Below are positions 48,270-58,007 of a stretch of 64,000 bases of DNA, in pieces; the stretch's first letter is position 1, and each line of letters starts with the position of its first letter. Below the pieces are notes generated by a model, which was not told where the DNA came from, made no database searches, and saw only the letters and a program-made list of their open reading frames with translations. The stretch spans positions 585,358 through 649,357 of the forward strand of contig OZ244066.1 in the NCBI GenBank assembly GCA_965215545.1. Direction: 5' to 3'. Position numbers and translations under genes: made by a program. The stretch is from Paracoccaceae bacterium (GTDB lineage Bacteria > Pseudomonadota > Alphaproteobacteria > Rhodobacterales > Rhodobacteraceae).

Positions 48270-48287
48270 TCACCCGTTTTCGGGTGA
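48270..48287 (-). terminator. Possible rho-independent terminator of the 48320-48934 gene
   Basis: On the minus strand: TCACCCG-aaaa-CGGGTGA followed by UAUUGU. The stem is short (7 bp) and the U-tract weak. Confidence 0.35.
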
Positions 48288-48319
48288 CGCTCACGACCCC
48301 GGGATCGGCAGCTGTGTCA

Positions 48320-48934
48320 CTACTGGGTCGACCCGTCGGTCTCGCCCCACTCGTCGAGTGTCGCACAGCCCTTGCCGCCGGTAAACAGGAAGTGGGCGCT
48401 GCCGGCGACACCGTGATTCGATCCTGGATTCAGCCGAAAGTCCTGCACCACCAGCTCACCGGGGCTGCGCTGGATATTGCTGAGATTGCGATTGCTCCAG
48501 ATTTGGGCACCAGCCTTGGGGCGGACCTCGATGAGGTTCGCGCCGAGCACGCCGCCGGCAAAGCCAATTCGATTGGCAGCGGGGTCCTGCCACTGGTTTC
48601 TGTTCGAAGCCGTGGCGCGCCACTCCCGGTTGGAGAATGCCGTCGCCCGGAGATCGCTGGTTGCCTGAATCCAATAGCCAGAGATCTGAAAGCTCGCCCG
48701 CATCACGCTGGGATCGGTGCTCGAGAAGATGATCTTCATGCGGCCGAGCGTGGCGGCCCCACCGTAGCCGTCCACGACCTGGCCGCCGTTGACTGATGCC
48801 ATCCGGACAGTGCATTTGTTGCGGTCGCAGGTAGCCTGGGCGTGCGCCTCACCCGCGGGCAGGGTCAGTGTGAGGGCCAGCAGGGCGGTGGCCAGAAGGG
48901 TCAGGGGGGGGGGCGGGTGGATCAAGTGTCGCAT
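48320..48934 (-). CDS. Secreted protein with a poly-Pro (C10-encoded) signal-peptide N-region
   Basis: RBS GGAGGA. MRHLIHPPPPLTLLATALLALTLTLPAGEAHA|QATC is a signal peptide. The leader style matches the 37355 gene, but the mature part is unrelated. Confidence 0.55.
   Translation of the reverse strand: MRHLIHPPPPLTLLATALLALTLTLPAGEAHAQATCDRNKCTVRMASVNGGQVVDGYGGAATLGRMKIIFSSTDPSVMRASFQISGYWIQATSDLRATAFSNREWRATASNRNQWQDPAANRIGFAGGVLGANLIEVRPKAGAQIWSNRNLSNIQRSPGELVVQDFRLNPGSNHGVAGSAHFLFTGGKGCATLDEWGETDGSTQ
48904..48913 (-). repeat. G10 tract (plus strand) inside codons 7-10 of the 48934 gene
   Basis: Counted directly. Encodes P-P-P-P in frame. Confidence 0.95.
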
Positions 48935-48976
48935 GGAGAATCCTCCAGATCAAGCTGTGGCTGCTCCCTTCTATCA

Positions 48977-48986
48977 GGGGGGGGGG
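48977..48986 (-). repeat. Second G10 tract, 43-52 nt upstream of the 48934 start codon
   Basis: Counted directly. The local context TCA-G10-CGGG duplicates that of the intragenic tract. Confidence 0.95.
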
Positions 48987-49501
48987 CGGGCCGCCGGCAA
49001 GGGGCAATGTTCGGATGGGGCCATGACTGCGCGTGCGCTGGGTGTTGACGATTTTGGCGGTATGTGCCTATGCAGGCAAGGCACTTGTACACGGAAAGGG
49101 GCGCAATATGGTGACCGGGATAATGCGTTTCGGCATCGCCGATGGCACCTGTTGGCCAAGGCAGTCCGGGCGGGTGATGCCGTCTTTGTTTTTCCGGTCA
49201 GTCCCGCCAGCGATGGCAGGATTGCCGCCAACGACATCGCGGAACAGGCGGAACGGGTCATCATGAAGCGTCATTGCCACTCTCGATGCGGCGGATTGCG
49301 AACTGGCCCATGTGGTCGATGTCTGGCTGGACAATCCTCGGGATGTCACGAGTCTCGATGCCGTGTTCGAATGCCATTTCCATGATCACCCACCTGCCCG
49401 CTCAGCAGCCCGGTCCACGCTCGTGGTTGACGCGAAGGTCCAGATGGGCGTGATCACATCCGGCCCCGACGAGCCGGAACGCGGCTGCATGCAACGAGAT
49501 C

Positions 49502-50380
49502 ATGACCAAGATCATTGATGTCATATCGCAGATGCGGAAACTGGATGGCAGGTTTCCCAAGCGCGAACAGCGCGTGGCGGACTTTGTGCTCTCCAGCCTG
49601 GAGCGTGCGCCCCGCCTCACGCAGAACGACATCGCGGAAGCGGCTGATGTCTCCGTCGCGACAGTGAACCGGTTCTGCCAGACCATCGGTTGCGAGGGTT
49701 TCCGGGACTTCAACATCAGACTCGCCCAAAGCGTGGCAGTCAGCCTGCAATATCTCGGTGGGCCAAGCCGCACGGATTCCGAATCCGAGCAACTCGTCAC
49801 GCAGGTCTTTGGCGCCTTTGTCGATACCCTCAACCTGGCACGGTCCCAACTTGACAGCGACGCCGTGCAGCAGGCCGTCTCGGTGCTCGCGGATGCACGA
49901 CGGATCACGTTCATTGGCGTTGGCGGTGGCTCGGCCAATGTTGCTCGCGAAGGTGCAAACAGGTTCTTTCGCCTCGGAATTCACACCGAAGCCCATTCTG
50001 ACGGTTACTTCCAGCGCATGCTTGCCTCGACCCTTTCGGACGGTGACGTGATCTTTGCCATATCTGCGAGCGGCCAGCCGACCGAACTCCTCGACAGCGT
50101 GGCCATCGCCCGACAGTATGGTGCAAAGTCAATCAGCCTGACCAGGACCGGATCGCCCCTCGCCAGATCAGCCGACGTTTCTGTCGAGATCGACATTCCC
50201 GAAGATCAGGACATCTACAAGCCTTCCGCTTCACGGCTGGTCTTCATTGCAATCATCGACGTGCTGGCGGCGGGCACAGCCCGCAAACATCCAGAGTCGG
50301 TCAAGGAGTACATGCGCCGCATCCGCACCTCGATGGTCTCGATCACCGACGATACCGATCCGAAGCCGATTGGTGACTGA
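49502..50380 (+). CDS. RpiR/MurR-family transcriptional regulator (HTH_6 + SIS)
   Basis: 292 aa. FPKREQRVADFVL...LTQNDIAEAADVSVATVNRFCQTIGCEGFRDF (HTH), ITFIGVGGGSANVA...VIFAISASGQPTEL (SIS). Confidence 0.9.
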   Translation: MTKIIDVISQMRKLDGRFPKREQRVADFVLSSLERAPRLTQNDIAEAADVSVATVNRFCQTIGCEGFRDFNIRLAQSVAVSLQYLGGPSRTDSESEQLVTQVFGAFVDTLNLARSQLDSDAVQQAVSVLADARRITFIGVGGGSANVAREGANRFFRLGIHTEAHSDGYFQRMLASTLSDGDVIFAISASGQPTELLDSVAIARQYGAKSISLTRTGSPLARSADVSVEIDIPEDQDIYKPSASRLVFIAIIDVLAAGTARKHPESVKEYMRRIRTSMVSITDDTDPKPIGD

Positions 50381-50592
50381 CCCCGCTGCTTGACTCGTGC
50401 ATCACCTCAGCTGCCAGCATGGAAAGCAATTCATGTGACAGTTGGCACGACCCGGATTGTCAGGGACCGGGCCGCCCTGGTTTGCCCTTCCACAACCGGC
50501 AAGGATGGTGCCGAGCCTGGTGGCGGGGCATCGGTCGCACACCAGCACCCGGACGCAGCCCGGGGCACTGCCGACCGGGCCTGGACAGGGAC

Positions 50593-52263
50593 TCAGAAAA
50601 GACCGTCGATCTGACCGGCGTCATTGAGACGGATGGCTTCGGCCGCTGGAACGCGTGGCAGGCCGGGCATGGTCATGATGGCACCGCAGATGACCACGAC
50701 AAATCCGGCACCGGCGGCCAGGCGAACCTCACGGATTGGAATCGTGTGACCGGTGGGGGCCCCGCGGGCATCAGGGTCGGTCGTGAAACTGTACTGGGTC
50801 TTGGCCATGCAGATCGGCAAGGCACCGTAACCGGCGTCCTGCCATGCCTCGAGCTGGGAGCGAATCCTGGCATCCATGACAATCCCCTCCGCACGGTAGA
50901 TGGTGCGGGCGATGGTCTCGATCTTGTCGATGAGACCGAGACTGTCGGGATAGAGGGGCGTGTAGGCAGCCTGGCCGGATTCCACGAGGGCCGTGACCTT
51001 GTGGGCGAGATCCTCGGTCCCCCGCGACCCCTCGGCCCAATGGCGACAGACCGAAATCCCGTGACCGGTGGCCTCGACATACTGGCGCACGACATCGACC
51101 TCGGTATCGGTATCACCGGTGAAATGGTTGATGGCAACGGTGACCGGGACGCCGAAGTTCTGCATGTTCTCGATATGCCGGCCAAGATTGGCACAGCCCG
51201 CCTCGACGGCACGACAGTTTTCCTCACCGAGCGCGTCCCGCCCGACCCCACCGTTCATCTTGAGGGCCCGGATGGTGGCCACGAGCACAACAGCCCGGGG
51301 TTGGAGACCGGCATGGCGGCATTTGATGTCCATGAACTTCTCGGCACCAAGATCGGCCCCGAAGCCGGCTTCCGTGACGACATAATCAGCAAGTTTGAGT
51401 GCCGTGGTGGTGGCGATGACCGAATTGCAGCCATGGGCGATGTTGGCAAAGGGACCGCCATGCACGAAGGCTGGATTGTTCTCGAGCGTCTGGACAAGAT
51501 TGGGTTGCATGGCCTGCTGCAACAGCACGGCCATGGCCCCATCTGCCTTGATGTCCCGGCAATGGACCGGGGTCCGGTCCCGCCGGTAGGCAACAATCAT
51601 GTTGCCGAGACGCTCCTGGAGATCATCCATGGTCCGGGCCAGGCACAGAACCGCCATCACTTCGGATGCCACGGTGATGTCGAATCCCCCCTCGCGCGGG
51701 AACCCGTTGGCGACACCACCAAGACTGCAGGTGATGGAGCGAAGCGCTCGGTCATTCATGTCCATCACCCGCCGCCAAGTCACCCGCCGGACATCGATCC
51801 CCTCCTTGTTGCCCCAGTAGACATGGTTGTCGATCATGGCGGCCAGGAGGTTGTGGGCGGCAGTGATGGCGTGGAAATCGCCGGTGAAATGCAGGTTCAT
51901 GTCCTCCATGGGGACAACCTGGGCATGGCCACCCCCGGCCGCACCCCCCTTCATGCCGAAACAGGGGCCGAGGGAGGCCTCCCGGATGCAGATGGCCGCC
52001 CTCTTGCCGATCCGGTTCAACCCATCACCGAGACCCACGGTGGTGGTGGTCTTGCCTTCACCGGCCGGCGTCGGATTGATGGCCGTGACCAGGATCAGGT
52101 GCCCGTCCTCCCGATCGGCCAGCGAGTCGATGAATTCAGCTGTGATCTTGGCCTTGTCATGGCCAAAGGGGATCAAGTGCTCGGCCGCAATGCCAAGTTC
52201 CGCCCCGATGTCCTGGATGGGACGTTTGCTGGCCGCGCGGGCAATGTCGATATCGGCTGTCAT
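50593..52263 (-). CDS. fhs: Formate--tetrahydrofolate ligase
   Basis: 556 aa. [33 protein letters not shown], and the typical C-terminus. Confidence 0.95.
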   Translation of the reverse strand: MTADIDIARAASKRPIQDIGAELGIAAEHLIPFGHDKAKITAEFIDSLADREDGHLILVTAINPTPAGEGKTTTTVGLGDGLNRIGKRAAICIREASLGPCFGMKGGAAGGGHAQVVPMEDMNLHFTGDFHAITAAHNLLAAMIDNHVYWGNKEGIDVRRVTWRRVMDMNDRALRSITCSLGGVANGFPREGGFDITVASEVMAVLCLARTMDDLQERLGNMIVAYRRDRTPVHCRDIKADGAMAVLLQQAMQPNLVQTLENNPAFVHGGPFANIAHGCNSVIATTTALKLADYVVTEAGFGADLGAEKFMDIKCRHAGLQPRAVVLVATIRALKMNGGVGRDALGEENCRAVEAGCANLGRHIENMQNFGVPVTVAINHFTGDTDTEVDVVRQYVEATGHGISVCRHWAEGSRGTEDLAHKVTALVESGQAAYTPLYPDSLGLIDKIETIARTIYRAEGIVMDARIRSQLEAWQDAGYGALPICMAKTQYSFTTDPDARGAPTGHTIPIREVRLAAGAGFVVVICGAIMTMPGLPRVPAAEAIRLNDAGQIDGLF

Positions 52264-52266
52264 CGT

Positions 52267-53193
52267 TCAGTCTCCTTCTTCACCGAGGCGATGGCCCACG
52301 GCCAGACCGGCCTCCCGGGCCCATGTCCCGGCATCGACCTTGCCACCGCCGGTCGGCCGAACCCGCTGCACCTCGATCCTTCCACCGTCGGCCTGGACAT
52401 GGATCGACTCTTCACCGATCGCCGCGACCACGCCCGGTTCACCCTCGCCGGACCGGCATCGTGAATCATAGATCTGCAGTGTCTTGCCCTGCCAGAGCGT
52501 CCAGGCACCCGGCTGGGGATTGGTGCCCCGGATGAGATTGTAGACCGCTGGGGCCGACCGGTCCCACGCAATCCGGGCATCGGCGGCCCGGCACCAGGAT
52601 TCATAGGTGGCCTGGGACTCGTCCTGGGCGACCCGGGGCGGATTGCCGGTCCGGAAGAGATCGCAGACCTCATCAAGGGAGGCGATGGCCGCGGGGTAGA
52701 TGGACTTGAAATAGACATCACCGAGCGTGTCATCAGGCCCGATGGGGCACGCCCGTTGCAGGAGAATGTCCCCCTCATCGAGACCGTCGGTTGGATAGAA
52801 CCAGCTGAATCCGGTTCTGGTGGCCCCCGTGATGATCGGCCAGTTGATGGAGCTGGGCCCTCGGTGCAACGGCAGAAGCGACGGATGAAAGCAGATCGAT
52901 CCCAGACGGGGGATGTCGCGGGCACTTGCCGGCACGAACAGGGTGACATAGGCCATGATCATCAGGTCGGCATTGTACGAACGCATCACATCCAGCACGT
53001 CCCCATCCTTGAAGCCGGTCGGCTGATGGACCGGGAGATTGGCGGCAAGGGCTGCTGTCTTCAGCGGATCCTCCGGTCTGCCATCCCGCTCGGGGGCACA
53101 ATAGACAGCCACAACCTCATCAAGCCCCCGGGCCCGGATCCTCTCGAGGGCCGACCGGCCGAAGGCCTGCTGGCCCATGATGATCAAACGCAT
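52267..53193 (-). CDS. Formyltransferase-family protein (Fmt/PurU-like N and C domains)
   Basis: Start at ATG 53193 (RBS GGAGA). MRLIIMGQQAFG, ICFHPSLLPLHRGPSSINWPII (the HxSLLPxxRG motif of formyltransferases). Confidence 0.8.
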   Translation of the reverse strand: MRLIIMGQQAFGRSALERIRARGLDEVVAVYCAPERDGRPEDPLKTAALAANLPVHQPTGFKDGDVLDVMRSYNADLMIMAYVTLFVPASARDIPRLGSICFHPSLLPLHRGPSSINWPIITGATRTGFSWFYPTDGLDEGDILLQRACPIGPDDTLGDVYFKSIYPAAIASLDEVCDLFRTGNPPRVAQDESQATYESWCRAADARIAWDRSAPAVYNLIRGTNPQPGAWTLWQGKTLQIYDSRCRSGEGEPGVVAAIGEESIHVQADGGRIEVQRVRPTGGGKVDAGTWAREAGLAVGHRLGEEGD

Positions 53194-53218
53194 CTCGGTC
53201 TCCTGTCTCTGTCGCTGG

Positions 53219-54499
53219 TCACGGGGTGCCGCTTTCACCAGGGTCAAGTGTGCCCACAGCCCCGGAATCCACGATGGCCGCCAGATCCGAACCGTCATAA
53301 CCGAGCACATCCCGCAGAATTTCGCCTGTATGCTCACCAAGGAGCGGAGCACGTGTCACCGGCACGGCACAGTCGGACATCTTGATCGGACAGCCAACCG
53401 AGAGGTAGGGGCCCCGTTCGGGGTGGTCGACCTCAACGATCGTCCCCGACGTGCGCAGACCCTCATCAGCGGCCAGTTCCTCCATCGAGAGAATGGGACC
53501 GACGGGAATATTGAGGGGATTGCACGCCTCCATGACCTCGAATTTGGTCTTGGTCCGTGTCCACGCCTCGATCGCGGCGAAGATCACATCAAGCCGGGGC
53601 AGACGGGCGTCGGGCGTGGCATACTCCGGATCCTCCTTCCAGTCCGGTCGGCCGATCAGATCACAGACATTGCCCCAGACCGCGGCCTGGGTGATGAAAT
53701 AGGTATAGGCGTTGGGATCATCCTCCCAGCCCTTGCATCTCAGGATCCGACCGGGCTGTCCGCCGCCGGAATCATTGCCGGCCCGTGGGGTCGCCGCACC
53801 AAAGGGGATGCCCTTGCCGTGCTGGGAGTACTCCCGCAGGGGGCCGGCAGCCAGGCGCTGCTGATCCCTCAGTTTGACCCGACAGAGATTCAGGACACCA
53901 TCCTGCATCGGCGCCAGGATCCGTTGCCCACGCCCCGTGCGCTCACGCTGGAAGAGAGCCGTGACGATCCCGAGGGCGAGATGGAGTCCCGTACCGGAAT
54001 CGCCGATCTGGGCCCCGGTGACCAGCGGCAGACCATCATGGAACCCGGTGGTCGAGGCCGAACCTCCTGCGCACTGGGCCACGTTCTCGTAGACCTTGCA
54101 GTCCTCATATTTGCCCGGACCAAACCCCTTGACCGATGCCATGATCATCCGCGGATTCAACGCCTGGATGCGCCCCCAGCCGAACCCCATGCGATCAAGG
54201 GCACCCGGCGCGAAATTCTCGACCAGCACATCGCAGACCTTGACCAGCCGCTCGAGCACCTCCTGCCCGGTGGCGGATTTGGTATTGAGCGTGATCGAGC
54301 GCTTGTTGTGGTTGAGCATGGTGAAATACAGACTGTCGGCACCCGGTTTGTCGACCAGCTGCCTGCGGGTGGCATCACCGACCCCGGGTCGCTCGACCTT
54401 GATCACATCGGCCCCGAACCAGGCAAGCAACTGGGTACAGGTCGGACCCGACTGGACATGGGTGAAGTCCAGGATGCGAATCCCGTCAAGTGCTGTCAT
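53219..54499 (-). CDS. frc: Formyl-CoA:oxalate CoA-transferase
   Basis: Start at ATG 54499. [39 protein letters not shown] is the family III CoA-transferase N-terminus. Linked to oxc. Confidence 0.9.
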   Translation of the reverse strand: MTALDGIRILDFTHVQSGPTCTQLLAWFGADVIKVERPGVGDATRRQLVDKPGADSLYFTMLNHNKRSITLNTKSATGQEVLERLVKVCDVLVENFAPGALDRMGFGWGRIQALNPRMIMASVKGFGPGKYEDCKVYENVAQCAGGSASTTGFHDGLPLVTGAQIGDSGTGLHLALGIVTALFQRERTGRGQRILAPMQDGVLNLCRVKLRDQQRLAAGPLREYSQHGKGIPFGAATPRAGNDSGGGQPGRILRCKGWEDDPNAYTYFITQAAVWGNVCDLIGRPDWKEDPEYATPDARLPRLDVIFAAIEAWTRTKTKFEVMEACNPLNIPVGPILSMEELAADEGLRTSGTIVEVDHPERGPYLSVGCPIKMSDCAVPVTRAPLLGEHTGEILRDVLGYDGSDLAAIVDSGAVGTLDPGESGTP

Positions 54500-54545
54500 G
54501 TCCCTCTCCCCATTTCCCAAGGGTCGGCTGCTTCCGGCATCCGGG

Positions 54546-56279
54546 TCACTTGTACATCGTCTGGCGCTTGGTGCCCGGGGCATACTCGTCGGGATCGATC
54601 CACACATTCACCACGGCACAGTTGCCGGTCCTGGCAATGGCGTCCCGGGCCCGCTGCAGGGCTGGCTGCAATTGGCTCGCCTCACGAACCTCTTCACCGT
54701 AACCACCGATCATCTCCCCGAACCTGCCAAACTCGACATCACCAAGTTTGTTGCCGATATCGCCCCGGTTGGCACCGTATTTGGCAATCTGGCCATAGCG
54801 AATCTGGTTCATCGCTGAATTGTTGCCCACGATGGCGAGATAAGGGGCCCCGAAGCGCTGGGACGTCTCCATGTCGAAGGCCGTCATTCCAAAAGAGCCA
54901 TCTCCGTACAGGCAGACAACTTCCTTGGCAGGATGGGCCAGTTTGGCGGCCATGGCAAATCCGGTGCCGACCCCGAGCGATCCCAGCGCCCCCGGATCCA
55001 TCCACTGGCCGGGTTGCCGGGGCCGGACGGCCTGGGCCGAGATGGTCACCACATCCCCACCATCACCGATATAGATGCTGTCATCGCCCAGAAATTCATT
55101 GATCTCCCAGGCCAGGCGATAGGGATGGATGGGTGACTGATCCGTCGTGAACAGAGGCATCAGGGCCTCAAGTTTGGTAGCCTCGATTGACCGCAGCTCC
55201 TGCATCCACTGGCGGCGCTGCTGCTGCCGATCACGCTTGATCCGTCCCGAAGCGGCATCCACGACCCGGGACAGGATCGCCCCGGGATGACCACTCAATC
55301 CCAGGGTGATGTCGCGGTTCTTGCCGACGGTGCGGTAATCGAGGTCAATCTGCACCAGGGTCGGAACCTGGATCCGGTTCCCATAGCCCATGCGGAAGTC
55401 AAAAGGCGTGCCAACGATCAGGATGACATCGGCGTTCTTGAAGGCATCGGACCGAGTACGATCGTAATGATGGGGGTCACCCTGTTCCATCATGCCCCGG
55501 GCGGCACCATTCATGTAGGCGGGGATGTCGAGCGCCCGCACGAACGCGATGCCGTCTTCATGTGCACGCGAGGCCCAGACCTGTTGACCAAAGAGCACCG
55601 CCGGGCGTTCGGCATTCACCAGGATATCCGCGAGTCGTTCGATGTCGTCTGGGTCCCCCACCGAGCGCACCGACCCCCGATAGCTGCCCGGCGCCGGGAT
55701 CCGGGCCTTGGCAAGGGGGATTTCGGCATCGAGGATATCCCGCGGAATCTCGAGATAGCTGGGCCCATACGCCCCCGAGAAACTCTCCCGCGCCGCCATC
55801 GAGATCATGTCGGCGATCCGCTCGGTGGAATAGACTCCCGAGGCAAACTTGGTGATCGGGGTCATCATGTCGACATGCGGCAGGTCCTGCAGCGAACCCA
55901 TCTTGTGCTGGGTCAGCGAGGACTGCCCCCCGATGTGCAGGATTGGACTTTCGGACCGGAACGCCGTGGCCACACCAGTCACCGCATTGGTGCACCCGGG
56001 CCCGGCAGTGGTGACCACGCAGCCAAGCTTGCCGGTCTGGCGGGCATAGCCATCGGCCGCATGTGCTGCGGTCTGTTCGTGTCGGACATCGACGATCCTG
56101 ATGCCTTCATCGATGCAGCCGTCATAGATGTCGATGATATGCCCTCCGCACAGGGTGAACACCGTATCGACACCTTCGTTCCGCAGAGCCTTGGCAACGA
56201 GCCGACCCCCAGACACGATCGTGTCATCAGTGCTTTTCTTGGCCAGCGTGTCATGGGCCGTGGCTGAGTGTGCTGTCAT
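54546..56279 (-). CDS. oxc: Oxalyl-CoA decarboxylase (ThDP-dependent)
   Basis: Start at ATG 56279 (RBS GGAGGA). [24 protein letters not shown] and the ThDP motif [29 protein letters not shown]. Confidence 0.9.
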   Translation of the reverse strand: MTAHSATAHDTLAKKSTDDTIVSGGRLVAKALRNEGVDTVFTLCGGHIIDIYDGCIDEGIRIVDVRHEQTAAHAADGYARQTGKLGCVVTTAGPGCTNAVTGVATAFRSESPILHIGGQSSLTQHKMGSLQDLPHVDMMTPITKFASGVYSTERIADMISMAARESFSGAYGPSYLEIPRDILDAEIPLAKARIPAPGSYRGSVRSVGDPDDIERLADILVNAERPAVLFGQQVWASRAHEDGIAFVRALDIPAYMNGAARGMMEQGDPHHYDRTRSDAFKNADVILIVGTPFDFRMGYGNRIQVPTLVQIDLDYRTVGKNRDITLGLSGHPGAILSRVVDAASGRIKRDRQQQRRQWMQELRSIEATKLEALMPLFTTDQSPIHPYRLAWEINEFLGDDSIYIGDGGDVVTISAQAVRPRQPGQWMDPGALGSLGVGTGFAMAAKLAHPAKEVVCLYGDGSFGMTAFDMETSQRFGAPYLAIVGNNSAMNQIRYGQIAKYGANRGDIGNKLGDVEFGRFGEMIGGYGEEVREASQLQPALQRARDAIARTGNCAVVNVWIDPDEYAPGTKRQTMYK

Positions 56280-56280
56280 G

Positions 56281-56988
56281 TCATCCTCCGTTCTGGTCGA
56301 CCCGGCCATCGCCTGAGCGCCAGTTCCTGCTGATATAGGACCCAAGCTGCATCGTATGGTCCCGGACCAGGCGGTCGGCCCGGTCCGCATCCCGCGCCAT
56401 CAGGGCATCGACGATGTTGGAATGGTCGACGATCGATCGATCGGTGCGGGACGTGTCCCGCATGGCATGCCGGCGCACCGGTTCCAGTTTGGCAAAGAGT
56501 TCGTTGCCCATCTCGGTCAGGATCCCACAGCCCGACAGCACCAGGATCCGGCGATGGAACCGGATGTTGTCCCGGGAATATTCATCAATCTGCATGCGGG
56601 CCCGATCCGATGTGTAGCTGCGGCCGATCCGGGCCAGTTCTGCAATGTCCTCATCGCTGGCATGGACGCAGGCCAGCCGTGCCGCCATGCTCTCAAGGGC
56701 CGCCCAGACCGTGACCAGCTCGACCACCTCATCAATGGCCCGGCGTACGACATAGACCCCGCGGCGTGAACGGATCTCGACGATCCCTTCATTCTCCAGC
56801 CGGACAAGGGCTTCACGCAACGGCGTGCGCGAAATACCCAGCTGCGCCGCCATCTCCCGCTCATCAAGTCGCAACGGAACAGCATGGTCATAGATGTCCA
56901 TCGCCAGGATGGCCGTGCGCAGCTCGTCGTAGATCCTGTCCTTCAGCGTCACACCATCAACTGGTTTGAGTGCGATGACATCCCCCAT
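56281..56988 (-). CDS. GntR-family (FadR/FCD subfamily) transcriptional regulator
   Basis: Winged HTH LDEREMAAQLGISRTPLREALVRLENEGIV plus an FCD-type helical C-terminal domain. The stop is 1 nt before the oxc start. Confidence 0.9.
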   Translation of the reverse strand: MGDVIALKPVDGVTLKDRIYDELRTAILAMDIYDHAVPLRLDEREMAAQLGISRTPLREALVRLENEGIVEIRSRRGVYVVRRAIDEVVELVTVWAALESMAARLACVHASDEDIAELARIGRSYTSDRARMQIDEYSRDNIRFHRRILVLSGCGILTEMGNELFAKLEPVRRHAMRDTSRTDRSIVDHSNIVDALMARDADRADRLVRDHTMQLGSYISRNWRSGDGRVDQNGG

Positions 56989-57024
56989 CGGTGCTCCAAG
57001 CCTCCACTTGTGATATTTTTTATG

Positions 57025-57033
57025 TGGTATACC
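57025..57033. promoter_or_regulatory. Candidate GntR/FadR-type operator half-palindrome TGGTATACC
   Basis: Lies in an AT-rich patch 37-45 nt upstream of the gntR-family gene start. It fits the t.GT-N-AC.a operator pattern of the family. Confidence 0.35.
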
Positions 57034-57426
57034 TTATACACATCAATCTGTCAACGTCCCTTGCTCTCCCGACTCCCCCAGAATCCCGCCAAAGCCAGTC
57101 CGGTAACCACCCCCGCTGCCCGGACGCTGTTCGGCTTTCCATTCCAGCGTCCTGCCATGGAACCGGCTTCCCGCCCCAGCCATCCCAATCGTCCGGAACG
57201 TCTTCCGCGGTCGTATGTCCCTGCCCCGTCCATCGCCCCTTGCCGGACCCCGAATCTGCGCATGGCTGTTGACTGGGCAGCCGGTCTGACCTTGATCGGG
57301 GTGTCAGGGGCCGCAACGCAAGCCCCTGCCTTCCTTTGCTGGCCGGGATGCAGTAAGGTCTGTCGCGGGATGGATGGCCGTGGGTTCGCAACTGCAGATG
57401 CCGGCCCCGGCAGACATGGAGTGAAC

Positions 57427-57861
57427 ATGATCCGCTACACGCTGCGCTGTGACAACAACCATGACTATGACAGCTGGTTCCAGTCGAGCGAGTCCTACCT
57501 GCAATTGCGGGATGCGGCGATGCTGTCATGCCCGCTGTGCGGGTCCAGCCAGGTCGAGAAGGCCATGATGGCACCTCAGGTGACCGCCGGCACCCGGTCG
57601 GACGCGGCAACGGAGCAGATTGATCTGGATGCACCCATGAGCCGCTATGAGGAAGCGGTACAGGAATTGCGCAAGACAATCGAGACACACTCCGAGGATG
57701 TGGGCCGGAACTTTGCTCGGGAGGCCCGCGCGATCGCAAGCGGCGAGGCCCCCCGGCGGACAATCCGAGGCGAGTCGCACCACAAGGAGGCCAGGGGGCT
57801 GATTGAGGACGGCATTGCTGTGCTGCCCCTGCCCTGGTCGCATCATGTCAACACACACTGA
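57427..57861 (+). CDS. DUF1178-family protein
   Basis: MIRYTLRCDNNHDYDSWFQSSESY...SCPLCGSSQVEKAMMAP is the characteristic N-terminus of this alphaproteobacterial family. Start at ATG 57427. Confidence 0.75.
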   Translation: MIRYTLRCDNNHDYDSWFQSSESYLQLRDAAMLSCPLCGSSQVEKAMMAPQVTAGTRSDAATEQIDLDAPMSRYEEAVQELRKTIETHSEDVGRNFAREARAIASGEAPRRTIRGESHHKEARGLIEDGIAVLPLPWSHHVNTH

Positions 57862-58007
57862 CAGCCACCACTGACGTGGAACTGGGCCCTTGAGTCCAGA
57901 ACGCACCTGATCCGGCACCGAGATCCGATGCCCTGATGAGGGCTTGCCTTTGGTGGTGGGTCTTGTAGATTCCCCGCAGGTGGACAGGTCAGGGACGTAC
58001 ACATTCC

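Noticed and set aside
48990-49383. Short minus-strand ORFs divergent from the rpiR-family gene (MEMAFEHGIETRDIPRIVQPDIDHMGQFAIRRIESGNDAS, then MTLHDDPFRLFRDVVGGNPAIAGG...).
   Set aside because: They look like a decayed gene split by stops. I could not assign a family, and the pieces are below a credible length.
50419-55102. Very long plus-strand ORFs (50419-52464, 681 aa; 53177-55102, 641 aa).
   Set aside because: They are antisense to fhs, frc and oxc, which have unmistakable family motifs. The long ORFs have no recognisable motifs.
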